From NCBI GenBank assembly GCA_002633005.1, contig NMRA01000197.1, positions 508,534 through 572,533 of the forward strand: a stretch of DNA of 64,000 nucleotides, in the 5' to 3' direction. Each line of letters opens with the position of its first letter. Position 1 is the first letter of the stretch. Source of the stretch: Phoronis australis. Taxonomy: Eukaryota; Animalia; Phoronida. Below, one piece after another: positions 50,924-63,580 of this stretch. A model generated the notes under the pieces. It saw only the letters and a list, made by a program, of their open reading frames with translations. It was not told the origin of the DNA and made no database searches. Both the position numbers and the translations under genes were made by a program.

Positions 50924-53352
50924 ATTAAGTGCAAAACTGTATTGAACCCTCATCCGTGCAAAAATCAGGGTAGTATATGTTTTGATCGCAAGAAAGTGGG
51001 TCAGTTTGAACAAAACATTGCTGTGCGACCAACGACTTCACTTGAAATGATTACTCCACGTACTCCAGTAATAGATCCCACCCCATTTACTAAAAACTGG
51101 AGATTACAAATCCACCTGTTAGCAAATTAAGGTTTTAACCTTTGCTTATAAGAGATGTTTACTAGGTGGAAATATTAACTGCTAGTGTGTACACAAACCG
51201 GATATCTTTGGATGGACGATAAACTGGTTTTGGAAAAAGGGGTCAACTGGGTACAGGTATAGCCTCGAGAACAGGGCTAGTAAGCTCTACAAGCGATTTT
51301 TATATGAGGTGTTACGAGATTGTGATTGTAAACTTGCTCCTACCGAAGTTCTGTGTCAAATACTCAATGCTCTAACAAAGATCACTCAGGCTAACACTAG
51401 TGAGCAAACGAGTTCACCCTAAATTCATGAAGAACTCGCCTACCATACTGTAGTTGTGCCGATACAGACCCGTAGCCGGGGGGGGGGGTTCGAGGGTTCG
51501 ATCGACCCCCCGCGGAAAAGGTCCAGCCCCGGCCTATCCGTACCCGGTCAACATCGCCCGAACGGTGCTTGATGATGGGATCGTTCAGACGATTAGAGGA
51601 GGCTTTATGTTATTCATCGGCATTGAACGCGCGTGGTGGCTACAATATTGGGTAACAAGGGAGTCTAAAAGTATAGCTAGCTAGCCTAGCAGCGAGAGAG
51701 CTCCCAAAAAGTAGTGCCGTGTGAATGCCTTAAAATCGACCAAAAGAAACAAAATAGCAGAAAATAGGTTTGTTTTCTGCTATTTTGATAGTGGCAGAGT
51801 ACAGTAAAGTGCAGACATTTTCAAATTTCCACTTTAGTTGTGGATTGGTAGACGACATGCATGCGCGTGCACTTATGTGCGTTTCCATTCTTTTAAATTC
51901 AGTACACACCGATGATAATTTAGTCGGTGGGCCAGATCTCATAGCGTTCACCCTTGTGAGTACTTTGGGGGGGCAACCTAGTTTTTTCTATGTGGCTAGA
52001 TAATATACCCATAAATCAAATTCCAAAAAGTTCCCACGTCTACACTTGCACATTTTTTTAAAAAAACGTGTTTTTGTTGCACAAAATATGATGCACATTC
52101 CTGCCACTTGATGGCGCTTTTCTATTGAATTGACCAATCAGAGAGCCAGATTGTATTGTTGTGCTTAGTTACTTCAATATGGCTGCTCCCATGGANNNNN
52201 NNNNNNNNNNNNNNNNNNNNNNNNNNNNNNNNNNNNNNNNNNNNNNNNNNNNNNNNNNNNNNNNNNNNNNNNNNNNNNNNNNNNNNNNNNNNNNNNNNNN
52301 NNNNNNNNNNNNNNNNNNNNNNNNNNNNNNNNNNNNNNNNNNNNNNNNNNNNNNNNNNNNNNNNNNNNNNNNNNNNNNNNNNNNNNNNNNNNNNNNNNNN
52401 NNNNNNNNNNNNNNNNNNNNNNNNNNNNNNNNNNNNNNNNNNNNNNNNNNNNNNNNNNNNNNNNNNNNNNNNNNNNNNNNNNNNNNNNNNNNNNNNNNNN
52501 NNNNNNNNNNNNNNNNNNNNNNNNNNNNNNNNNNNNNNNNNNNNNNNNNNNNNNNNNNNNNNNNNNNNNNNNNNNNNNNNNNNNNNNNNNNNNNNNNNNN
52601 NNNNNNNNNNNNNNNNNNNNNNNNNNNNNNNNNNNNNNNNNNNNNNNNNNNNNNNNNNNNNNNNNNNNNNNNNNNNNNNNNNNNNNNNNNNNNNNNNNNN
52701 NNNNNNNNNNNNNNNNNNNNNNNNNNNNNNNNNNNNNNNNNNNNNNNNNNNNNNNNNNNNNNNNNNNNNNNNNNNNNNNNNNNNNNNNNNNNNNNNNNNN
52801 NNNNNNNNNNNNNNNNNNNNNNNNNNNNNNNNNNNNNNNNNNNNNNNNNNNNNNNNNNNNNNNNNNNNNNNNNNNNNNNNNNNNNNNNNNNNNNNNNNNN
52901 NNNNNNNNNNNNNNNNNNNNNNNNNNNCCCACTTTTTTCATTGCCGCGCCTCCCACGAACTACCGTATCTTTTGCACTATGAAAACCCCGACGAGCATGT
53001 TCATATTATTAAGAAAAGTAAGTCCAATGGCGTACAACCTCGCAGGCGTCACACGAGCAACAAACTTTATTTTTGAGCATTATTCTTATTTAAATTCTGA
53101 TTTTACTTTTCTCCTCTGCGAATTGAGCTAAACTAGTTGAGAATTACTGCAATGTACCAGTGAACTGGAAATAACACTGAACAAGCGTTCCCGGGTGCTT
53201 TTTGCGATCTAATAACTGATTATACGTAATATAGTCGACCACTATAGGTGACGAGATGATAGGGGATTGAGAGTTCTCTCTCGCGCTCAATGTGTAACCA
53301 GTTCAGCTTACTTGTTGATTTCAATTTTAGGCAGACGCACGCGCTTTCCATA

Positions 53353-53355
53353 ATG
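53353..53355 (+). CDS. Alpha-tubulin exon 1 (ATG only)
   Basis: ccataATG|GTGAGT: ATG-only first coding exon typical of animal alpha-tubulins; preceded by acceptor-like tttcaattttag| at 53330. Confidence 0.7.
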
Positions 53356-54171
53356 GTGAGTTAAACTTGTTGCAATCGTGTCTGTATTTTCAGAAGGATT
53401 CTGAGGTAACGGGCTGCAACTGTATTCATGTACAGGCTCATAAAAGGAGACTTTTATTTGTCAACTTAAAGCGTACCTTGAGCGGTAACACATTCAGATG
53501 TAGTTCCTACAGTATTTAAGGTTGTGGTAGGACCTTTGAAAAAGTTCCAAATTTGGTTAATTTTGAAAAGTGATATCTCAAAACGGCTAATTGAATTCGT
53601 AGGAAACTTCAGATATGCCTTATGCAATGTTTTACAAAACGCTATTAGGAATTTTTAAAATGTTCGACTTCTGCATGAAGGGTTATCAAAAATATGACTT
53701 ATATGACTTTTATGATTTTTATGAAAAAACAAGAGTTGAATACAACGGAAACGCAATGATAATCTCTAGAGAACTGTAACAGCGACTTAGAGCCATCACC
53801 TTGAGCATTTATATCTATGTTATTGACACAGTTTATTTTACAATCTAAGCACCTTTCATTTTCTTTAGAAATAAGGTCACGTGATCCAATTAAATGCAGA
53901 TTTATTCTAAATTCTAACATCAAATTCTACCAGCTTCCTACTTTCAGAAAGAACATACTTTTACTCGGTTAAAGTTTTGGCTAACTATACAGACTAATCA
54001 ATAAGGCCCATCAAAACCTCGAAAGCATATCACATTGACCACACACAAGTCATGAATTGCAAATTGTAATGAACTTTTAAACTTATTGTTGTCTTGCGTC
54101 TACGTCACTGCGAGAATCCTGAGTTAATTCTTACTGTGAAAATCCAACACCTGCACATATTGGTTTTCATG

Positions 54172-54270
54172 CCAATTGACCAATCGCAAGCTCCGCCCCC
54201 TTGCGTAATGTTGACTAACAAACAATAAGGTTTACTCGGCAACGGGTTGTTTGTCGGGTAAAATGGCGTC
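54172..54270. promoter_or_regulatory. Promoter-like motif cluster in tubulin intron 1
   Basis: CCAAT x2 (54172, 54180), GC box CCGCCC (~54193), YY1-like AAAATGGCG (~54260). Confidence 0.3.
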
Positions 54271-54389
54271 TTGGAAACGAAGGTGTGTCACGAATGTTGA
54301 GTTCTAAATGGTTAGTTAAGCCGTCACTCAAAGTCCTGGCGATAGGTCAATTCACTCTAGTATCCAGGAACATATATACATTTACATAT

Positions 54390-54392
<3 letters not shown>

Positions 54393-54470
<78 letters not shown>
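54393..54470. repeat. (CA)n microsatellite
   Basis: About 38 perfect CA units flanked by TA/TACA repeats. Confidence 0.97.
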
Positions 54471-54478
<8 letters not shown>

Positions 54479-55219
54479 CATACATATCATTTGATGTAAC
54501 TGCTTTTGAACTGTAAACATTTGTTTCTTATGAACCTCTGAAAAGTTGTTAGAACTATTCTTGCGGAATAACGAAAATACGTCCGATGAAGGCTGTAAGA
54601 CAGACGAGCAACAAAGGATAACTAGAAAGATTATTGTCACGGCGTGACAATAACGGACTCTGCGCGTGCGTATTACTGGAATTATTATGGGAAGTTACTG
54701 ATAGCAGCACGCTTACCAATATGAAAAGGAATTCTTTAAAATTGTAGGAGAAATTACATATTAATTTTTTGATGACCTTTCCTCCAATTGACCTCTTCCG
54801 GTGCATTATGAGCCCCGATGAGAGAGTAATTGTTAACTCGATTAAAAGTGGGGTTAATGCTAATGGAGTTATTAAGCCTAAACGTTGGTCGGAAGAAAAA
54901 TAAGAATGAGAAGAATAAGAAGAAGAAAAAATTGAAGAAAACCCAGGAACAACAGTACTTTGCGCTTACACGCGCAGAGTAATAAAATATGCTTATCTTC
55001 GAGGATCGGTATATACTACATAATTGACATTACAACATTTATTACACACCAAGGAATCATATAAATATATAAATCTTAAACCGTCGTGGAAATGTGTATC
55101 GCAAACATCTCCAAGTCTGATCAGATTTCATTAGGTGAAGTGATGTGTCCACAGGTGGCGTGGTGACCAGGAATCACGCAATACTTATCGTCACCTAACA
55201 ATGGTTCTCGTTTCAGCAG

Positions 55220-55439
55220 CGTGAATGTATTAGTGTCCACATTGGTCAGGCCGGCGTCCAAATTGGAAACTCTTGTTGGGAGCTGTACTGTCTGGAACAC
55301 GGTATTCAACCAGATGGACAGATGTCGGACGTAACCCTCGGGGTTGGTGATGATTCATTCAACACGTTCTTCAGCGAGACTAGCGGAGGCAAGCACGTCC
55401 CACGTGCAATTTTCATGGACTTGGAACCGACTGTTATTG
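55220..55439 (+). CDS. Alpha-tubulin exon 2
   Basis: tttcagcag|[74 protein letters not shown]|GTGAGT. Confidence 0.95.
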
Positions 55440-55699
55440 GTGAGTACATTTAGCTTTACCTTTGGGATTACTGCATACAAACTGAGATGTAACAGTATTC
55501 GAATATAGCCGGATATTCAAATGTAAGGCTACAGCTTTATAATTTGGGATCATTTGCACTCTGCATTAATGCGGATATGATATTGACACTGCAAGTATAA
55601 ATATTTTGTTTCTATAACTTATTCAACATATTCATGAAATAACTTTAGCAAACAAATAGTCCATTGATTTTTATTGTACTTTACATTTTGTCACGGCAA

Positions 55700-55825
55700 A
55701 AAACCACAGCCCTGTTTCCAAACAAGACCAGACCGAGTCACTTATTGATGTTCTTCTGACGAACAGGCAAACCAGATTTCCTAAGTTTGGATGTATCGAG
55801 ACTGGTCTAAACTATAGTCATTGCA
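55700..55825 (+). mobile_element. LINE AP-endonuclease fragment (CR1/L2 group-like)
   Basis: PCF...ESLIDVLLTNRQTRFPKFGCIETGLNYSH resembles PTCF..SLIDxxLTN..F..ETGLSDxH. Confidence 0.55.
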
Positions 55826-56519
55826 CGAACAACATATCATTTAGTCAGTGTTCGAAAAATTTGTTCACCATTTTTTAAAAAGTATTTTGAGGCAGAGAGG
55901 ATCGAAGCAAGTGCTATTTTAAGTGGCTGAGATTTTTGTCGAATCTGATGGCAGTGCGCGTTCATGATGAGCACACACCAAAGAAGTCTCTCACTGTGTC
56001 GAAGGACAAGATAACATCCTCAAATACAGTCAATTCAATGCAAAGGAACTGTCTTATAGAACAGTCTCCAAGCAGTACTCAGGAAGTGTGTCGATCCCTG
56101 AGTCATAAAGTCGCTGCTTAAGGATTCGACATCTAATATCTGCTGTTTTTAGTTTAATTTTCTCTTATTTATTTGTTTTTATTGATTAGTTTCGCCAGTT
56201 GTTACTGTATAGTCGATAAAAGGAACCCCTGGTAGATATTTATTCTGTTTAAAACGACTTTATTTAAAAATATCGACGTAACATGAGTTTATAACCTAAC
56301 AAACGGTAATGACTAATGTTCGAATGACTATAACCATGGCATTATATTCGAGGTTTTAAAATGTTTAGGTGTTCCCAAAATGCATTATTTCACCTGCAAG
56401 GCAATAAAAAGATTAGAGCTGAAAGCTCATTTTTCAGTGTCAATAAAATGAATATATATTTTTCTTTAACAAGATACTCCAGCGAAAACCATTAGATTTT
56501 TGGAAAATCTGGAAGTCTC

Positions 56520-57000
56520 ATGGTAGAGACGAGAACGCTGAATTTCTCGTTTTTGTTTCCAAATAAAAGACTGAAATCTTTTTCATAGTGAGAATGATTG
56601 TTTTCATATCAGTGGCTGAATGGCTCTCATGCAAGTAGCGGCATCGAGTTTTTCTTTTCCTTCTAGCATTTTAATCTCTGTGATACCCACATTCTTTTGA
56701 AAGGATTTATCTCCATTTTTCGCCATCCGTTGCACAGAAGACTTGCTTAACTTGTAAATCTCTTGAGACTTCTCTCCGATATTTGTGATTCCCCGGGTTG
56801 TCCTTCTGGGATTCAGTGAATCAGTTCCTCGTTTTCTTTGGAACATGCAGCAGTCTTGGAATCTCCCACAGCCACTTTTAAGCTCAACAGACCCTATATT
56901 GCGCATTTCAGCAATGAGTCGAACTACTCCACCCATTTCCTGAGAACTGCCTTACTATTCTTCTTCCCTCCACCCTTTCTACTTGTAATAGATACCATCC
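56520..57000 (-). mobile_element. Degenerate Tc1/mariner-type transposase fragment in tubulin intron 2
   Basis: GSVELKSGCGR..SLNPR..LSKSSVQRMAK (HTH region), then a YEKIS (DEKxF-like) motif in a shifted frame. Confidence 0.5.
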
Positions 57001-57438
57001 AGCTTTGCACGTGCTGCACAATAGTGCACTAGAGCCCGGGGTGTTATCTATTTGATCTTCGGATTTCCTGTACGAATTTTTATGAAATTTTGCACACAAA
57101 TTTATTTCTGTTAGGGAGACGATGACGTCTTTTTGGACGGATTCGACGTAACCTGCGCCACCAAGTGGTCAGTTTTCTAACACTATCAAGTGCCCCTAAA
57201 TATTTGCAGCGCAGTAAATGGGCACATTTCAACACTTTCATTGGTCTTCGTCTTTGGCGTGTCACGTGCGTAAGAGTACACGCGAAGTGTTCTCTTAATT
57301 TCATTAAGTGGCACGAGAGATGTGAATATCAATAATTTATGAAAACGGTGTTGTTAGCATCATCCCGTGATTCTAACAACAACGGATATTTATTTTCGTC
57401 TGTTGCTGTCGAATTGTTTTTTATTATTTCATTTACAG

Positions 57439-58568
57439 ACGAGATACGTACAGGACCCTACCGTCATCTGTTCCACCCCGAATCCATGGTAAACGCGAAA
57501 GAAGATGCCGCTAATAACTACGCCCGCGGTCATTATACTATCGGCAAGAAAGCTATAGACCCAATCTTAGACCGAATACGTAAACTGGCCGACCAGTGCA
57601 CTGGACTCCAGGGATTCTTGCTCTTCCATTCTTTTGGCGGGGGTACCGGTTCCGGCTTCACCTCCCTGTTGATGGAGAGGCTCACCGTGGATTACGGGAA
57701 GAAGACACAGCTTGAGTTCGCAATTTATCCAGCTCCTCACGTCGCTAATGCTATTGTTGAGCCATACAACTCCATTCTGACAACCCATGCCACACTTGAA
57801 CACTCCAATGTCGCCTTTTTGGTCGACAACGAGGCTATTTACGATATCTGCCGTCGTAACCTAGATATCGAACGACCATCTTACGCCAACCTCAACCGTT
57901 TGATTGCTCTGGTTGTCAGCTCCATCACCGCGTCACTGCGCTTTGAGGGTTCCCTAAATGTCGATTTGAGCGAGTTTCAGACCAACTTGGTGCCTTTTCC
58001 CCGTATTCACTTCCCTATGGCTACATATGCTCCGATCATCTCTGCTGAAAAGGCTTACCACGAACAAGTGACCGTTGCCGAGATCACCAACGCCTGCTTT
58101 GAGTCAGCTAATCAATTGGTGAAGTGCGACCCACGTAATGGCAAGTACATGTCCTGCTGTCTGCTTTACCGGGGTGATGTTGTTCCCAAGGATGTCAATG
58201 CTGCCATTGCTACTATTAAAACCAAGCGTACTATCCAGTTCGTCGACTGGTGCCCAACTGGATTTAAGGTTGGCATCAATTACCACACATTGACCGCAGT
58301 TCCAGGGGGTGACTTAGCTAAAGTCCAGCGCGCCCTGTGTGTCTTGAGCAATACCACAGCTATCGCCGAGGCCTGGGCTCGTCTTGATCATAAGTTCGAT
58401 CTTATGTACGCCAAGCGAGCCTTCGTCCACTGGTACATCCGTGAGGGGATGGAAGAGGGGGAATTCAGCGAAGCTCGTGAAGATATTGCCGCTCTCGAAA
58501 AGGATTACAAAGAGGTTGCTCGCAATACCAAGGGTTCGGAGGAGGAGGCGGATGGCGACGAATACTAA
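57439..58568 (+). CDS. Alpha-tubulin exon 3 (terminal); full protein 450 aa
   Basis: atttacag|AC completes D; [38 protein letters not shown] and C-terminal ..GDEY stop; open frame throughout. Confidence 0.97.
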
Positions 58569-58820
58569 ATGTTATCTTGATATCACTTTCTACGTCTCAA
58601 GAATGTTACTAATTCAGTTTTAAAAAGTTGGAAATCTATATCATACAAATAATAGCCAGTTTGAGTTTGTGAAGCTAAGCCCTCGAAACGCTTTAAGACA
58701 CCAATGAAGAATAAGGAATGATTCGTTAAAATTAACGAAATGGAAATTTGCCTGGAATAGAATGAATTACTGATAATTCAAAGTTTAAATTATAGAAGAC
58801 AAAATTAACTAGTAAACAGG

Positions 58821-58826
58821 AATAAA
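58821..58826 (+). other. Candidate polyadenylation signal of alpha-tubulin
   Basis: AATAAA ~250 nt after the stop codon. Confidence 0.4.
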
Positions 58827-60389
58827 TTAAAACAGATTTAAAAAGGCACAACTGATTTTGAGGGGACGTTATCGAGGAAAAAGTTGTTTTTTGAAATCAT
58901 TTTCAACACGGAATCGCAGAACTTGCCCTGCTGTTGGAGCTGAAAAACACGTTATCGGGGAGAAGGTTGTTTTTTGAGACCATTTTCAACGCCGAATTGC
59001 TGTGGGAGTTGAAAACCATTCGATAAATGGCAAAGTATTTTAAAAACATTGCACTGGTTAAGTCCCTGGCCTTGATTTCAGCGAATGTCTGATAGACAAC
59101 GGCGAAAATTGGCGATTTGTAAGAAAAACACAACATCAACGGATTTGGTTGCTTTATAGTTCTGGTCAAAGATAACAACTTCAAGAGTATGTACAGTACA
59201 TCAATAATCCCCGAAACTATTGTTTTGGAGGAGAAACCGCTAATTCATTTGAAAATTTCCAAACACCAGGTGGTACTTTTTACCAAATTTTTGTGAATAG
59301 TATTGATAATGGTCTGAAAAAGATCACTTCGTTGGTACTTGAAATCAAGACTACAGAAACGGTAGGCGCAGTTTGATATAGTTTATCAGCCTGTTTTTAT
59401 TCTCTTATTAAAACTGCACGTCTTTACATATTTCGGAATCAAGTTTACGATCACTTTTGTGGATTTTGTTAGAACATAATTCAAGGAATGTCTTTTAGTT
59501 ATCAAATTTTGGGATTGGATGTTTTCTTGGACAGGTACTTGACCATTAGTTCTAATGAAATTGTTTCAAAAACTTCATTAGAATTTCGGAGTATTTACCA
59601 TTACCATTTCACGGTAAAATCAAGCTGATCCCCCGTAAATTATGGATACTTGTTATGTAATAATCCAAAGAATTGTTAAATTCGTGTTTAATAACAAATT
59701 GGTGGGACTGAATTTAGTCGTGGTTAGCCAGCAGCATGTCTCGAACATCAGAAATTCTGTGAAAGGTACTAATTTGTCTGATCCTCTGCTTTGCACGGGC
59801 GTTGATCTGAAGAGTCTTTTTAAAGGTTGAATGTTGTCATTTCATGTTCGAATTATGTATGGAGTATTGCCTGGTATGTGGGATAATACATTATTACCAT
59901 TTGTCGACCGTTATTGTTTTATCAATGGAATTTCGAACACTTCTGTTTTTTCACACATTTAGCAATAGACCCGTCCTGTATCGAACTCTCCTCCGTACGG
60001 GAGGTAAAATGTCATTGCATGGCTGACCTGATTCTTAAATGTGGGTCACTCCTGAGTTCAATAACATGGGGAACAATACAATGCGCACCCAGTCAGGATA
60101 ACTTTCATTTTAGGTGCCACTTTCTTGATGTCAACATGGCTACTTAAAATGCACCACTAGACACAGGGAACCTGGATTATGAGAACCAGTTCCTTCCATT
60201 GTGTAATAGGCATCAAAGTGGTTCTCAAAGTTAGGGTGTTTTTGTAGTGCATTAGTCACTTGTTCGCTTTTAATCTGATTTGAGTCATAACTGTCGGCTA
60301 ATATTGAAGTGCATTTATTGGGTAACTAAACAGGGCGCTTTCTAATCGAAATTTGATGATAATTTCCTACAAGTGAGTTTCGGATACAA

Positions 60390-60839
60390 GTTACGACCCA
60401 TAGTAGATGAAGCCTTACCCCCAGTCACTGTAGAGGCCACAGCTCGCGATGCTTCTCGCTTCAAAAACACACTTCTCGGGGTCGGCGACGGGGCACTGCC
60501 GGGAATCAACAGCGACGGTATGGCACCCTTCTTAAGGCGTTGTTTCGAAGGGACCTTCATTAATTAAGCGTGCATATCTCTCTCGTCATCTGACGGCAGA
60601 AAATGCTTGCCATACACACGGTAACCCTCCAATGCTTTGAACTTTGCGTTGACGGGTAATGCTGCGTTCTTCACACGAACGAGCCAAATGTGTGTCATCG
60701 TTCGGAAAGCGATGCAAAAGCACTTTCAAAACGCGCGTGAGATGATAACGAATACATCCTGGTATACAGCAACAGTGTGGCATGTTGACTGACTCGTAAA
60801 CAAAAGCAAACGACGAACGAACATGTCACAACCGAGGTA
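60390..60839 (-). mobile_element. Second fragment of the same Kolobok THAP family
   Basis: MPHCCCIPGC..LHRFPND..RVYGKHF..KQRLKKGAIPSLLIPGS; colinear with 33930-34375; frameshifted and lacking termini. Confidence 0.85.
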
Positions 60840-60913
60840 TTTCGGTCTTCATCTTCTGTACACATTACTCTATGACTGTGTGCAGGAGTACATTACGGTT
60901 TTTGTTGATTAAT

Positions 60914-61131
60914 CATGCGCGCACCAAGGGGGAGGGGGTTCAAATGAGGAGTGATCAAAAAAGGTCCACCTAAGATGAACAAAAAGTCCGTGAAAACGAG
61001 AAAAAAGTCCACAGGAATTCGGCGAGAATGCGCAATTTATAAGTCTGAACATAGTACCTCGTTTTTTCAGTAAAATATCCACATACTGAAAAATTCAAGC
61101 CTCCCTATATTTTAGGCTTTGTGCGCGCATG
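60914..61131. mobile_element. hAT5-like MITE, family 1
   Basis: CATGCGCGCACC...GTGCGCGCATG, TSD TTAAT/GTAAT. Confidence 0.8.
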
Positions 61132-61300
61132 GTAATGTATAATCTTTGTTTTCACTTAAAGCTCTGAGTTAAGACTAAACTCGATATCTCAAGTTTAAAC
61201 TCGAGTTTGTAGCCCGATTTTTAGGAACGTACTTCAATAGACCATAACAAGCTTGAGCACAGAAGTCTATCATCGTGAAAGGTAATAAAGAATAATAAGA

Positions 61301-61529
61301 CATGCGCGCACCCGGGGGGAGGCTAGAATGAGCCCCCCAATTTGGCGAAGTGGGCAAAAAGGTCGGTCTCAGAGAAAACGAGGCAAAAGTCCACTAAAAA
61401 GACGCAGACGCACAATTTACAGTTTTGAAGGTAGAACACTGTTTTTTAGTCCTGCCGATATCTTGGCAGCAAAAGACCACATCGACAGAAATTCGAGTCC
61501 TCCCACATTGAAGGCTGGGTGCGCGCACG
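61301..61529. mobile_element. hAT5-like MITE, family 1
   Basis: CATGCGCGCACCC...GGGTGCGCGCACG, TSD TAAGA. Confidence 0.85.
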
Positions 61530-63580
61530 TAAGACATCACAAATCTAAAGTTCGTGTTTAGAGATTATATCCTGGATCCTGAAGCCTAAATCGCACAACC
61601 ACTTAGAACATGCGAGATGGATTTCAGCGACCGTTGCTATGAAAGCCTAGTTATCTGTACATCTTTTTATCACTCATACACTACGATTTTGTACTCCATT
61701 GTTTTGCACTACTGCCTAATTATATGTAGAACTCTAGAACTAAGCAACATTACTATGGTTCAGGATACAATCATTACTGTAATTTTACCTAACGTCTCTG
61801 CTTACGCTTGCGTGGATTTTGTGTTGCCTTTGATTCTCTCTTTTTTCTGTATACGTGATACGATAGTTTTCTATGGATGAATATATTTTTGTCATGCGTG
61901 ACTATGGTCTATGTATTGTGCTTTGCATTCCAGTAGCGACTCTAGATGGCGACAAGTATGTGTTTTCATGAATTTTTCGCCTGCGGAATACATCGTAGGT
62001 ATATGTACTGATGACTTAGTTACGACCTCAAAAGAGCTGAAATTACGTGCAAGTGATATTGAACACGACGAAAGGCCTTTGAAGCCTACGATCAAGCGAG
62101 TCAACACACAGTAGCACTATAAAACGCACCTGATTGATGCCTACCTGTAAAGATATTTATTACCTTTTGTTGCAAGTTTTATAGTGTACAATACCAGTTG
62201 AAGACGAATCTGTTGGCATCTGAACGCCGATTGCTTAACATTCTATTACTGCAGTGGAGTGGCCGACTCAGCGACACCTGCATTCTTAATTGTAGACACT
62301 GATTTAGTAAGCGAAACTGTTCAAGGAAAGTTGCGTGATTTCGGCATGAAGCCAAATGATTGAACCTAAAAGAGAGTGCTAAGAACACATGCCATTTCTT
62401 TAAACACCAGTGGTGGCGCTCTTGTTCCCAACGAGGGCTCCGCCTTCTATCGCATAGTGCACGTGTATGCACTTTTTTAAAAAAACGGCGCGGTTTGATT
62501 ATTAGTGTCATGAGCATCGTGTTGTATCTGAATCATACTGGGGCACAATTCACATGACAAGAACACTGTTTGACGTATCGTCTGCATGCGTTCCTAAAGA
62601 TTTTGCGAACACAGTGCTGTTGACAAGAATTACAATCATGTGGGTAACGACTCCGCTCGTGACAGATATTAATGTTGATTCTTCTTACACAATATCACAT
62701 GACAATAAATGGCAAATTTCATTTTAGATGACAACTTTTTTTCAATCTCCGAAGACGACTGCCAATATTGTTATTTTCCAGAGTCCACTTTCTTTAGTTA
62801 CATAGCAACTATGAAAACGTGTTCCAAAGTCTCTTGTTTAGGGTGCCACTCACTACACATAGCAGGGTCACAATATATTTCCTCTGTACAAAGTCCGATA
62901 TCGCAACCAATGTAATGAGCTATCCAATGTATATTTCAAAGCTACGTATTGGCTGTTTGCACATTTATTATTTGTCAGAAAACCTTAATCTGCAAATTTC
63001 GGATTGGTATAATTAATTGATTGCCTTTTTGTGAATGTCACTGCATCCTGAATTTTTACGGAAGATTGTTTTTGTATCAAACAGCATCGAAGGCTCATTT
63101 AGTATACAGAGATTTAGAATTTTGTATAGATGCCTAACTAAATTCTCCACAAAAATCTGTGCTTTTTTAGGTTAGAAATCGTTTCAATCATAAAAATTAT
63201 TTCTCTGCTGGTTAAACTAGTCATTTTTAACGGCAACCGCTCTGTCTCAATTCATTTTTATGTTACTATTAGACTGTGACATTATTCACATTTTGGTAAC
63301 ACTCTTGGTTTTTAGAATTAAAGAATACTTTTTGGACGGTATGCAGAATGATATATATATTTAGGTATTATGTTTTTTGTTTTTGCTTCTGGAAATATCA
63401 TACGCCATCAAAAACTGATAAAGGGCTTTCTAATGATATGAGTCTTATGATACTCGTTGAAAAACGGCCATTTTCGAAGTTTTATTGATAGTAAACATAC
63501 AGAGCAAGAATGCAAACAAACACAGAAGCAACCGAGCACAAAGAAGTTTCACGCCTGCGCGGCGCAACTTCAGCGTTGCC

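Noticed and set aside
57339-57438. N-terminal 33 aa of the 409-aa tubulin ORF
   Set aside because: Intronic read-through; the true exon starts after atttacag at 57439.
61911-62365. Death-domain-like peptides (WRQVCVFMNFSPAE; DSATPAFL..DLV)
   Set aside because: Frames inconsistent, stops intervene, resemblance too weak.
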